This document shows positions 18,340-27,505 of a stretch of 56,341 bases of DNA, in pieces; the first letter of the stretch is position 1, and each line of letters begins with the position of its first letter. The position numbers and the translations under genes were made by a program. This stretch comes from a virus (Duplodnaviria; Caudoviricetes), in IMG/VR virus record IMGVR_UViG_3300042453_004839, positions 1-56,341 of that record; one strand, 5' to 3'. The notes under the pieces were generated by a model. That model worked only from the letters and a program-made list of their open reading frames with translations. It was not told the origin of the DNA and made no database searches.

Positions 18340-19551
18340 TTATGCCATGTTGGGGATTTCCCCCATTGCAAACATGTCCATTTGAACTTGAGGACGTCCA
18401 ATTGCGGAACCCTGCACCTCGCGGAGTTCTTCACGCAAAAGTTCGACGGCTTTGGCTTCATAAGCGGTGGCCTCCTCAATGTTGTTGTTTTCTTCTTTTT
18501 CGATGGCGATCGCCATCATTTTTAAAGCTCCAAGATTGGTCACGATCAGATCATCATCGTCGGAAACAACCGGAATAAACTTGCGCTTGGCCAGGACTGT
18601 GCAAGTGGTGCCATCTTTGTTTTCGTATCCGGGAATTGCATACCGGCGATACATGGGCAACGTTTCGTCGGGAGCCAGGATGGCGACACAAGATTCCGAG
18701 CCCGTGGATGGATCGACTGCGTAAACGCGAACCCATCCCTTGGTCGTGGTCTTGTTGATTGCGTCAACATGCCGGAACGCATTGACCGTGATGCGGGGCA
18801 ATTCCGTCAAAGTCAAAGCAGGGGTAAACGTGGCTTGCCATGGATAGGCGCTGTTGGCGGCGGAGATGGCCACTTGCGTGCCGGTGGCATTTAAGACCCT
18901 CCAAACCGATCCGTTGTTGGAGACAATCCACCCGCTCAAATTCTGGTATTTCGGCTTGGAATTTTCTGTTCCGATCCAAGCGAAAACGGAGTTACCGTCC
19001 GTATTGGAGCCGGTAAAGCCGGCGATAAGCACGCTGGGATTCCCTGAGCCGGCGCTCAAGTTCAGACGCTCGCCGTCAATATACTCGCCATCTTCCTGCG
19101 TGCGGATACGGTTGTTGTAGGTGTCTGAACCGCGGAACAAAATTGTGGCGGTCGAATCCTCGACTTGGTCGGTGTATACCTTCAGATAACGCTGGTCGGG
19201 TAGATCCCGGAACATGGGGACATAGCCACGGTCGATCAAATGCTTCCAGTCTCCGGCTGGTGCAATGCCAGGGCCGTTGTCCATAAATTCATACCATTCG
19301 TTGTAAACCTGTCCGGGGGTCTGACCAAAATTATATCCGATGATCGATTCAAATTCACGGGGAAGCGTGATGCACCCGCCGTAAACGCAAACGGAATAAC
19401 GACCATAGGTACCGGCATAGAGACCCTTGTTAAGCAGACGCTCTTGCGCCTCGTTGACCCTCGCCAAAAGCTGGGGGTCGGTGGCGCACATCCCGTTTTG
19501 AGTGACGCGGGCCAGCTGGCTTTTTACGGAACCGTAGGTGCGGCGGATCAT
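18340..19551 (-). CDS. Putative tail tubular/head-tail adaptor protein
   Basis: 403 aa; N-terminal helical RVNEAQERLL, beta-rich middle, helical C-terminus; position in tail module. Confidence 0.55.
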   Translation of the reverse strand: MIRRTYGSVKSQLARVTQNGMCATDPQLLARVNEAQERLLNKGLYAGTYGRYSVCVYGGCITLPREFESIIGYNFGQTPGQVYNEWYEFMDNGPGIAPAGDWKHLIDRGYVPMFRDLPDQRYLKVYTDQVEDSTATILFRGSDTYNNRIRTQEDGEYIDGERLNLSAGSGNPSVLIAGFTGSNTDGNSVFAWIGTENSKPKYQNLSGWIVSNNGSVWRVLNATGTQVAISAANSAYPWQATFTPALTLTELPRITVNAFRHVDAINKTTTKGWVRVYAVDPSTGSESCVAILAPDETLPMYRRYAIPGYENKDGTTCTVLAKRKFIPVVSDDDDLIVTNLGALKMMAIAIEKEENNNIEEATAYEAKAVELLREELREVQGSAIGRPQVQMDMFAMGEIPNMA

Positions 19552-19997
19552 GAGTATTGCCCTACGTAAACTTTATATTTGTAACCCGTCGGGGCGCTGG
19601 GGGCCGCGGGCGTCAAAAAGGAAATTTGTGTCAAGGTTGTGCCGGAATAAACATTGACCTGGTAAGTGGTGTTCGGATCACCCCACGGAGATTCCGGGGT
19701 CACCGTGTCGGGAATCAAAACCATGTCGCCCTGATTGAAGGGGACGAACTCCAGCCAGTTTCCGTTATTGTAAACCCTGATGGATTTTGGTTGACCGGCG
19801 GCGGACAACTCAAACCAAATCTTGTCCTGATTGCCGGAGGTGGGCGAGGGCTGGGTATTTCCAACTACGAATGTTTTGTACTGAAGGTCCTCGGTGATCG
19901 TCATGTAGTTCTTGACGAGCTCAAGCAGATCCTGGAGATTGCCTGGGTAGCCGGTATTGGCCGGAACGGTTCCGGGAGTCAGGGTATATTGAGCCAT
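19548..19997 (-). CDS. Virion/tail protein, paralog A
   Basis: Shares DKIWF, W.EF.PF..GDM.L.P, SPWG.P and KYKVYVG with 20040-20486. Confidence 0.75.
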   Translation of the reverse strand: MAQYTLTPGTVPANTGYPGNLQDLLELVKNYMTITEDLQYKTFVVGNTQPSPTSGNQDKIWFELSAAGQPKSIRVYNNGNWLEFVPFNQGDMVLIPDTVTPESPWGDPNTTYQVNVYSGTTLTQISFLTPAAPSAPTGYKYKVYVGQYS

Positions 19998-20006
19998 TGC
20001 AGAATG

Positions 20007-20035
20007 ATATTACGAATCTGCGAATGAAGTGTCAA
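20007..20035 (-). promoter_or_regulatory. sigma70-like promoter
   Basis: TTGACA-17-TAATAT-9-ATG(19997). Confidence 0.7.
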
Positions 20036-20039
20036 GGCA

Positions 20040-20486
20040 TCAATGTCTTCCGACGTAAACCTTATACTTAAAACCGGCCGGCGCGGGGGGTGCGGACGGA
20101 GCAGTAACACCAGACGTGGTACTCCCTGACCCACTGTAGGTTATGATTCCATAACCTTGGCCGGGGTTACCCCACGGGGAGCTAACTGCGGAAGTTGACG
20201 GGGTGAGGATCATATCGCCAAATTTGAAAGGCTGAAACTCAACCCAATTGGGGTTTGAAAAGTTAAAAATCGCCACCGGCCCACCGTTGGCGTCAAGCTG
20301 AAACCATATTTTGTCGGAGGTCTCACTGATCGGTGTCGGATTCACAAGACTCTTGACATAAGATTTAAAATTGATCTTATCGTCGAAATACAAGTACGTC
20401 GACAGGAAATCGACCATTCCCTGAAACGTCGGGGGATAAGTTGTAATATCCGGTACGGGAAGGGATTTTAAGGCGAACTCGGCCAT
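20040..20486 (-). CDS. Virion/tail protein, paralog B
   Basis: Colinear similarity to 19548-19997 over the full length. Confidence 0.75.
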   Translation of the reverse strand: MAEFALKSLPVPDITTYPPTFQGMVDFLSTYLYFDDKINFKSYVKSLVNPTPISETSDKIWFQLDANGGPVAIFNFSNPNWVEFQPFKFGDMILTPSTSAVSSPWGNPGQGYGIITYSGSGSTTSGVTAPSAPPAPAGFKYKVYVGRH

Positions 20487-20492
20487 CGCTAA

Positions 20493-20521
20493 AGTATAAA
20501 CCTCTAATAAAAATGGGTCAA
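20493..20521 (-). promoter_or_regulatory. sigma70-like promoter, leaderless spacing
   Basis: TTGACC-17-TATACT-6-ATG(20486); upstream TGA inside the -35 box. Confidence 0.7.
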
Positions 20522-20862
20522 GCGATTGAACCCCAAAGATTGATTGGGCACTTTGAGGAAGCCAGCCATTGCTTGGCCCCAGAACATCCGCACTTTAAAC
20601 ATTTACCAGCGCCCATCCGGGCTTTCCCGTCCCAAAATTGACAGTTGTTGCAAACAGCCATCCGTTGAGCGTGCTGTTCTGGAGTTACTTTTTTAAAACC
20701 TGTTTTGGCAGATTCGGTCATAGCCACAACAAAATTCTTTGCCATTTGCCCGACAGAAGGACCGGAGGGCAAATTGTTTCCGGCCGCTTCTCGCATGCGC
20801 TTTTCTTTTATCTTTAACCATTCACCGGGTTCTCCGTATAGGGCAGGATCTCGTTGGCTCAT
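20518..20862 (-). CDS. Small Cys-motif protein (DUF6171-like)
   Basis: RMAVCNNC...KCLKCGC...KCPINLW pattern; preceded by TGGACA-16-TAATTT. Confidence 0.65.
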   Translation of the reverse strand: MSQRDPALYGEPGEWLKIKEKRMREAAGNNLPSGPSVGQMAKNFVVAMTESAKTGFKKVTPEQHAQRMAVCNNCQFWDGKARMGAGKCLKCGCSGAKQWLASSKCPINLWGSIA

Positions 20863-20904
20863 GACGTGAACAAAATTACATTTGTGAACTCACATGTCCA
20901 GTAT

Positions 20905-22398
20905 TTAACAACAACATTTCTCTAATCGAACGTAGATAATAAGATCTCCGGGTGGAATATTGCAATCCTCAAACTCAAAGCTTACAAGAGCTTCGTTTTG
21001 GCATTCCCCTAAAAGCACTACACCAGCAGGATCGCCAATCGGCCATATTGTATCTGGAGCTTTTCCTGTGCAATATTCGGCGCAACAGCAGGGATCAACG
21101 ACGCCGCAATCTGGATCTGGCCAGACTTTCGTACAACCGGGTGGGGGAGTACAATTAACTGAAAAAGTGCCGGACATATTTAAGTTCGCCACCGACCCAG
21201 GGGCACCCGGCGTGCAGGCCCCGCTAAAAGTAAGATTCGCGGTGGTAACACAACAAGGAGACCCTACTTTCGCGGTATACCATCCGGTTATTTTCCAGCA
21301 GGTCATGGGCTGGCAAGAGTAACAACCGGTTGTATCTGGGCAGCCTGAAGCCACTGGTTTCCAGCACTCTCCGCAAGGGCATGGAGCGGGAGGCGTTGGG
21401 CTGTCGCCCCATACCTCTCCCTTATCGTTGCCTATTGCCTGACAGGTTTTTGGTTCTTCTTCGCAGCATTGAACATCAGCTTTTCCTTCTCGAATACACA
21501 AACAATCCAAGGTTTCGAGCATATAATAACAATTGTCGTCTTTTGTTGGGGCATCGCAATCATAACATGTAATGCCTTCCGGGCTTATTTCAGAGCACGT
21601 TTTCGACCGGATATAGTAACAATATACTTTTTCGCACCCAGGAGTGGGCAGATATCCTGTATCCCCCTCGCAAACCTCACATTCCGGATCGTAGGTAAGC
21701 TCATCGCAAGAATTAGCCAGACCCACATCATTGCAATCACACCCGGCGTCCACGCACGCATAACAAGTCAATTTGGTTCCACAAGGAGTTTCGGTGGTCA
21801 AAACAAATCCCGGATCGCAGGTTAGTTTGGTGCTGGAAAGACCAAAATCCTCGCAGGTTTTACATTCATAACACGAAAGGGTTGGGCAATCAACACTCGC
21901 GGTTTTGTAGCAATCATTACCACCGCAAAATATTGTGGCGGAAGCTATGTCTGAATAATAATTCAAGTCGTAGTCGGTGCATATTTTTGGCGTGTAAGTG
22001 CAACAACTAAGCCCGCCACTTTCTTCGTGTACGCAAATACATTCGCTGACAGTTGCGTCCAATTTGTAGCATGGGTCGGTCGGTTCGTATGGTTCGGTGC
22101 AGGGAACACAACCCAAATCAAAACAATCTTGTTGGGCCGGAATATAGCACCCGTGACTTCCAGTTCCACCGCAAACAACCTCGCAGTCACCGACCCTTAC
22201 GCACTTACCGCAGTCTCCATACAACTCAAACGCCTCGTCGTTGCACGCGGTTAAAAGATTGTAGTACCCGCAGGTTGTGCAGTCGCAGGTTGGCGGAGGC
22301 GGGGGTGGTACTTCGTCACAATCCGAACAAGGTGGGGTTGTTTCACATGAACAGCACGACCCTGACGAACCAAGGGCTACATTAACATTGTAGGCCAT
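20905..22398 (-). CDS. Extremely cysteine-rich protein
   Basis: 497 aa with about 70 Cys by hand count; recurring CYxC and KTC motifs; tiles between neighbours. Confidence 0.8.
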   Translation of the reverse strand: MAYNVNVALGSSGSCCSCETTPPCSDCDEVPPPPPPTCDCTTCGYYNLLTACNDEAFELYGDCGKCVRVGDCEVVCGGTGSHGCYIPAQQDCFDLGCVPCTEPYEPTDPCYKLDATVSECICVHEESGGLSCCTYTPKICTDYDLNYYSDIASATIFCGGNDCYKTASVDCPTLSCYECKTCEDFGLSSTKLTCDPGFVLTTETPCGTKLTCYACVDAGCDCNDVGLANSCDELTYDPECEVCEGDTGYLPTPGCEKVYCYYIRSKTCSEISPEGITCYDCDAPTKDDNCYYMLETLDCLCIREGKADVQCCEEEPKTCQAIGNDKGEVWGDSPTPPAPCPCGECWKPVASGCPDTTGCYSCQPMTCWKITGWYTAKVGSPCCVTTANLTFSGACTPGAPGSVANLNMSGTFSVNCTPPPGCTKVWPDPDCGVVDPCCCAEYCTGKAPDTIWPIGDPAGVVLLGECQNEALVSFEFEDCNIPPGDLIIYVRLEKCCC

Positions 22399-22400
22399 GG

Positions 22401-22712
22401 TTAAATCTCAGATGCTAATACATAAATTTGCCGCTCTTCCCCGTCGACACAGTAAGTGATCGGGGTACGACAATAAGCCGTTCCATTTGAGTCGAAACAC
22501 GAAGATACAGAATCGTCCGGAACTTCTTCGGTCGACGGGGCGGCCAACCCTTGAGCCGGGGTGGCGATAGCCTCCGAAAAGAAACCCGGAGTGACTTCCT
22601 GTAGGCCACGGGCGAAAGATCCGGGCAAAACAATCCGGGTAATCTGAGGATTTCCGGCCGAACTCAGGATAGATGGCGGTGGTACCGTCGGCTCAATTAC
22701 CTGGATCGCCAT
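22401..22712 (-). CDS. Hypothetical tail-region protein
   Basis: 103 aa, 1-2 nt gaps to both neighbours. Confidence 0.7.
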   Translation of the reverse strand: MAIQVIEPTVPPPSILSSAGNPQITRIVLPGSFARGLQEVTPGFFSEAIATPAQGLAAPSTEEVPDDSVSSCFDSNGTAYCRTPITYCVDGEERQIYVLASEI

Positions 22713-22713
22713 A

Positions 22714-24681
22714 TCAACACTCTCCTAGGTCGCTGATGTCCTTTCGGTTTCCATGCAAACGGAACAAGCTTAAGCGTGCCGTACCTGTCCACTCCAATTT
22801 TGGTTGGAACAAATATCCGAATCTTCCGAGTCTTCCGCTGACTGTAACGCATGAATCCGAAGGTTTTACTGTCCTGACATTCAGATACCCCGGCCTCAAA
22901 TTATATGGAATATCGGTGGTAATCGGATCGGTATTTCCCGTGTCGATCTGAACACTGTCCGACTGAACCGTGAAAAATGTCGGGTAATAATCCGGCCGGA
23001 ATGAAAAGGTCCAGGTAAAAGACGGGGATGGGGTTGTCGCGGTAGGAGTCACATTCGGACCGTAAATATCGGAAAACCCTATATCAGCGCGAATAAGTTC
23101 TTTAATCTCGGCTGGCCTGTCAAAACTCATTCTCCTGAACTCAACTCCGCTTGTGATTTGGACAGAATTCCCGGAAGAGTCAGTATCAGCCGGATCATTT
23201 CTTGTGATCTCATAGAGTGAATTAAAACCATCTGTGCCGCAACAAAGGGCAAAACAACGTTCGTCCCCATTAAAAGTCCCAACAATCATCTTTGAGATTT
23301 GCAGCCCGGTCCATTCTCCGTCGTAACCGGCATCCAAAGCTTTTCCCTTGACGGATGCGGGTGCCAAATCAGCGCTGATTAGGGATCTATGGGCAATGTT
23401 ATACCCGTCGCCAAATTGGGCGTCATACCTTTGCACCACAGGAGCGGCGGTCAAAAGGTATCGCGAATCGAAGAAAGCCGCGTTGGCATACTGGAGCCAC
23501 CTGGCCGTGTCTGTATCGAGGACTCTGGCCGCTTCCATACTGTCGGAAAGAATCACCGCGGCATTTGTTTTTTCTTTCAGGGTTTGCTGGAAAGACATGA
23601 CGCCGGTCTTCGAGCGGAAATACAGATCGTTGGCCGTCCCAAGCACACTTTCATGGGCAACCTCTCCTACGCCGTCGAACACAAATCGTTGCATCCCCAC
23701 GGTGTTTTGCCAATTCTGTCGATCGTAAATATAAGACCGGATGGCGTTAACGGATTTTTTGGTGAACACAACAAGATCACCTTGACCGGTGGAGGTGTCG
23801 GCTCCCGGAAGAATTCCCAAAGCCGTGATCGTGTCGTCAAAAGCAAAAGCGCCACCTCCCGTCAAATAAAGAATCTCCGAAAACTGGATTTGAGCCCCTT
23901 TGTAGCTGTTTACAAGATCTCCGGCAAAAAGCTCATTTCCGCGGGCAACCCACAACCGCCCGTTGCCGTAAACCATGGGCCCACCAACCGGAATTGAAAT
24001 ATCCTGTTTCAACGGTCCCGGGGCCAAGAAAGAAAATTCCGCAAAAGCGGCGACCTCGGTGGCTTTATCCAGAGTAACCGTGTTTGTGGAGTCAATCGAC
24101 ACAATCCGTGTGTCGGGTTGGACTCCGCGTGCGGCGGAAACGAGCATACCCGGATAGAGTCCCGTCGTACTTTCAAGAGTAAGACGCAGTTTGTTAAGTG
24201 CCATAGAGCCGTTGACTTTTACGGCTGTAGGCACATCCTCAAGAATCCCGCTTGACCGGTAGGAATTGGTTCCGGAGTAAACAATGGCCGAAGACTGCCC
24301 GTCCTGAACTACCAAGTAACCGCCGGCGTTGACAAGATAAGCAAACGGTAGGTCGGGATTATTTCCACCTGAAACCGGGGTAATGTCGTTGGACACCAAA
24401 GAGGAAGCGGCGGGGTTCACCGTATACAAACGGCCCGAAACACAAAAAGCGATCACATCCCCGGTAGTGGACGGGTAATAAAGAGCCCCCTGAATTTTTC
24501 CGCCTGGGAGAGAACCGATATAACGAAATCCCGGGCGTGTTCTTGGATACCCCCCGCGAATTCTTACGTTCGTTCCCCAGGAAAACTGATCGGGGAGAAT
24601 AAGGGCTGGATCGAGACTAGAATTCGCCCCGCCAATAAAGGACTGGACGGCTTCTATGACGCGATTTTGATCACGGATCAC
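22714..24681 (-). CDS. Tail tubular B / packaged-DNA stabilisation (nozzle)-like protein
   Basis: 655 aa, beta-propeller-like content, N-terminal GANSSLDP..NVRIRGG..TRPGF; position in tail module. Confidence 0.65.
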   Translation of the reverse strand: MIRDQNRVIEAVQSFIGGANSSLDPALILPDQFSWGTNVRIRGGYPRTRPGFRYIGSLPGGKIQGALYYPSTTGDVIAFCVSGRLYTVNPAASSLVSNDITPVSGGNNPDLPFAYLVNAGGYLVVQDGQSSAIVYSGTNSYRSSGILEDVPTAVKVNGSMALNKLRLTLESTTGLYPGMLVSAARGVQPDTRIVSIDSTNTVTLDKATEVAAFAEFSFLAPGPLKQDISIPVGGPMVYGNGRLWVARGNELFAGDLVNSYKGAQIQFSEILYLTGGGAFAFDDTITALGILPGADTSTGQGDLVVFTKKSVNAIRSYIYDRQNWQNTVGMQRFVFDGVGEVAHESVLGTANDLYFRSKTGVMSFQQTLKEKTNAAVILSDSMEAARVLDTDTARWLQYANAAFFDSRYLLTAAPVVQRYDAQFGDGYNIAHRSLISADLAPASVKGKALDAGYDGEWTGLQISKMIVGTFNGDERCFALCCGTDGFNSLYEITRNDPADTDSSGNSVQITSGVEFRRMSFDRPAEIKELIRADIGFSDIYGPNVTPTATTPSPSFTWTFSFRPDYYPTFFTVQSDSVQIDTGNTDPITTDIPYNLRPGYLNVRTVKPSDSCVTVSGRLGRFGYLFQPKLEWTGTARLSLFRLHGNRKDISDLGEC

Positions 24682-25937
24682 GGAAGGGCTTGTGCGCTTA
24701 TTACGACAACTTTCAGCACCGAACTTCCGGCAAAGGTATAAACCGTTGCAGTATGATTTCTAAAAACAACCTTTACGGTATTGGCCGCGGAAACAACGGC
24801 TTGAATACTTACGTCGGTTATAAATCCAATAGCGGAAGGGCTTGGAGTTCCCACAAGCACCATATCCCCAACGGAAGCTCCGGTAACTGTAACATCTTGA
24901 GCGGTGGTAACCGAAGCGGCAATCGTAAACGTACCGGAGAAGGTGTGTGACCCAAAATAAACTCCAGTGATCGCTGAAGTAACCGAGCCAGAAGTTACTG
25001 CCAGTTTTTTGGCGCTCAAGACGCCGTTCACGGCCAAATTGGTTTCGCCCGCCCCGACGCCAACGGTAGACGGGGTCGTTGTGCCAATCCCAACGGCATC
25101 ATCGGTTGAATAAATTCTGGTTGCGGAAGAAGCCCCCAGAACAGAAAATACTCCGCCGGAGTTTCCGGACGGATTGACAACTGTACTGGAAAATCTTGCA
25201 ACTCCGTTGACGTCAAGCAGGGCGCCCGGAGTGTTGGTGTTGACGCCGACACGGTTTGCGGAAGAATCCACAAAAATAAGATTGGGAGAAGTTTGACCTT
25301 CCACCCGAACATCCGATAAAGCATCCGCATCCTCGTTTATAACAACGGAACCACGAAGATCCGAAGAAGAGGTGACACGCAATCCGCCGGAAACATGGAG
25401 TTTAGCCGCCGGGGTATTTGTTCCGACTCCGATAAAATCGGCGCTGGCATCGGTAAACAACAAATTCACATCGGTGTCGCCTTCGATACGAACATCTTTG
25501 TTGGCTCCTGCCTCATTGACGACAAGGGCACCATCAAGTGAGGTATCTCCATTAACCGTAAGGGAATTAAGGGAGCTTGCGATTGAATTTCTTCCGCTTG
25601 GAACCACTTTTTTTCCGCTGGCTACGGTCGAAGGATTAACCACCCCGTCCGCCTGCACCAAAGTAAGATCGACTCCGGTAGTTCCTGGACCAATAGCGTC
25701 AACGGAGTAATACCCGGCCTGTGAGATATAAATAATCTGGCCCACGGCCATCCAACTGTTTTGACCCACGGTAACTCCAACCACAGACCCGCCCACCAAA
25801 GGCTGAGTAAAGGAAGCACTGAGGGTTGTAAATGCGTTTATTCCATTAGTCCCATTGGTGCCATTAGTGCCGGCAAGACCCTGAGGTCCTTGCGGTCCAG
25901 CTTCGCCGACGATAAGTGTGTTGCAATCACAGCTCAT
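24678..25937 (-). CDS. Tail fibre protein
   Basis: Collagen-like GPQGPQGLAGTNGTNGTNG; repeated NL.F.D.SA..(I/V)GV.T.TP.A.L.V.G fibre repeats. Confidence 0.75.
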   Translation of the reverse strand: MSCDCNTLIVGEAGPQGPQGLAGTNGTNGTNGINAFTTLSASFTQPLVGGSVVGVTVGQNSWMAVGQIIYISQAGYYSVDAIGPGTTGVDLTLVQADGVVNPSTVASGKKVVPSGRNSIASSLNSLTVNGDTSLDGALVVNEAGANKDVRIEGDTDVNLLFTDASADFIGVGTNTPAAKLHVSGGLRVTSSSDLRGSVVINEDADALSDVRVEGQTSPNLIFVDSSANRVGVNTNTPGALLDVNGVARFSSTVVNPSGNSGGVFSVLGASSATRIYSTDDAVGIGTTTPSTVGVGAGETNLAVNGVLSAKKLAVTSGSVTSAITGVYFGSHTFSGTFTIAASVTTAQDVTVTGASVGDMVLVGTPSPSAIGFITDVSIQAVVSAANTVKVVFRNHTATVYTFAGSSVLKVVVISAQALP

Positions 25938-25947
25938 TTAGTTCTCC

Positions 25948-27057
25948 TTATGAAATAGCTTGCAGAGCAATTTTGTACTGCGTTCCGTTGACCCGAACCA
26001 CCAAATAAGTTGCGGTCGCACCTGCGGTAGCGGCAGTCAATACATTATAACTGCTCGATCCTAAAGCAATTTCTCCATCATTTTGAGCAACGGCCTCGCG
26101 CCCAATCGCAATTCCGCGATTTACCGTGGCTGACACATCGGCTTCACGACCGATACAAATGTTGTTTTCTCCGGTAGTTATTCCGTTTCCGGCCAAGTTC
26201 CCGACCGCAGTATTGGAAGAACCGGTTGCTAGATTGAGTGCGTCGGACCCAACGGCAGTGTTTGCACTGCCAGTTTGGTTATTAAAAAGAGCGTATCCAC
26301 CAACCACACAATTGCCAGAACCGCTAGTGGTGTTGTTTGCCGCGTTTGACCCGACAAAAGTGTTGTAGCCCGAGGTCGTGTTATAACCTGCATAAGCCCC
26401 CAAAATCGTATTGTGATCTGAAGTTACGTTAAAATATCCGGCTGAAATTCCGACAGCGGTGTTGTAGCTTCCGGTGGTGTTTGAATAGAGGGTGTCACGC
26501 CCTGAAGCTGTATTTTGACTCCCGGTAGTGTTTGAACGAAGGGAGTCATATCCGGAAGCAACGTTGCTACCTCCAGTTGTGTTTGAAGCAAGGGCTTCAT
26601 AGCCATAGGCAGTGTTGTTGCTTCCGGTGGTGTTTGAGTAAAGGGCGTCACGCCCGGAAGCAACATTTTGATTTCCGGTGGTGTTTGAGTAAAGGGCTTG
26701 ATATCCGGAAGCGATGTTGTTGCTGCCGGTGGTGTTTGAGTAAAGGGCTTGATATCCGGAAGCGGTATTGCTGTTTCCAGTTGTGTTGGTTAAAAGAGCA
26801 TAACGTCCAACAGCCGTGTTATTAATTCCAGTAGTATTAGATGCAAGTGAATTTGCCCCAAAAGCAGTATTGTCTGTTCCAGTTGAAACTGAAGACAAGG
26901 CATACGCACCGCCGCCTACATTTGTAGAATTTGTTGCAGGAGTAGGGCGAAGTAACCGGTATTCTATCTCATTGAAAATACCTGTAGGGGCAGGGGTGGT
27001 GTTTTCCGGACCGCACTCACAACTGCGGCCGTAGTTGTCGGGATTGGGAAAACTCAT
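25948..27057 (-). CDS. Tail fibre/adhesin with 17-aa beta-roll repeats
   Basis: NTTGxxNxAxGxxALxS repeats; C-terminal YLVVRVNGTQYKIAL fibre-tip motif. Confidence 0.8.
   Translation of the reverse strand: MSFPNPDNYGRSCECGPENTTPAPTGIFNEIEYRLLRPTPATNSTNVGGGAYALSSVSTGTDNTAFGANSLASNTTGINNTAVGRYALLTNTTGNSNTASGYQALYSNTTGSNNIASGYQALYSNTTGNQNVASGRDALYSNTTGSNNTAYGYEALASNTTGGSNVASGYDSLRSNTTGSQNTASGRDTLYSNTTGSYNTAVGISAGYFNVTSDHNTILGAYAGYNTTSGYNTFVGSNAANNTTSGSGNCVVGGYALFNNQTGSANTAVGSDALNLATGSSNTAVGNLAGNGITTGENNICIGREADVSATVNRGIAIGREAVAQNDGEIALGSSSYNVLTAATAGATATYLVVRVNGTQYKIALQAIS
26440..26880. repeat. 51-bp coding tandem repeat
   Basis: 39-nt exact copies at 26675-26713 and 26726-26764; further degenerate copies at a 51-nt period. 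Confidence 0.85.
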
Positions 27058-27064
27058 CGCAAGT

Positions 27065-27092
27065 AGTATGCCGGTTGGGTTTTACGAGTCAA
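27065..27092 (-). promoter_or_regulatory. sigma70-like promoter, leaderless spacing
   Basis: TTGACT-16-CATACT-7-ATG(27057); upstream TGA inside the -35 box. Confidence 0.6.
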
Positions 27093-27505
27093 GCTTTCAG
27101 GACTGCCCAATTGTCCCTCCACTTGGAATTTGGGTCAAGATAAACGGATTTGGTTTTCGGTAACTTTCCGGTGGGGATTATGAAAATCGCATCTTCCACG
27201 CTATGGTAAAATACAAGGACATCGCAGTCACTACGGTTATAAGTCCTCTTAACGCCGTGATTGGCCGAGGGTTTGGGCCTTACCGTGCCAAAACCAGGAC
27301 CCTTTACGGCCAGGAACTTAAACTTATTTCTGCGGTGATCCTCACTACCCGAGGTGCATTTGACCTGGACGCGGCTCAACTTCCCCTTCCAGTCCACAAC
27401 CAGGTCGTAGCCGTCGTCATAAATAGGCAGGCTGACCAAAAACCCGTGTTCCAGGAGTTTGGCCGAAACCTTCTGTACGCCTATGGCACCTAGTCGAATA
27501 CTCAT
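27089..27505 (-). CDS. PD-(D/E)XK endonuclease (PDDEXK_5-like)
   Basis: G..VSLP..D.GYDLVVD....RVQVK motif; ATG 27505 overlaps the lysin stop (ATGA). Confidence 0.75.
   Translation of the reverse strand: MSIRLGAIGVQKVSAKLLEHGFLVSLPIYDDGYDLVVDWKGKLSRVQVKCTSGSEDHRRNKFKFLAVKGPGFGTVRPKPSANHGVKRTYNRSDCDVLVFYHSVEDAIFIIPTGKLPKTKSVYLDPNSKWRDNWAVLKA

Noticed and set aside
26440-26880. Possible CRISPR array or DGR template/variable repeat
   Set aside because: Repeats are in-frame coding units without unique spacers; differences are not adenine-specific; no reverse transcriptase or cas operon is present.
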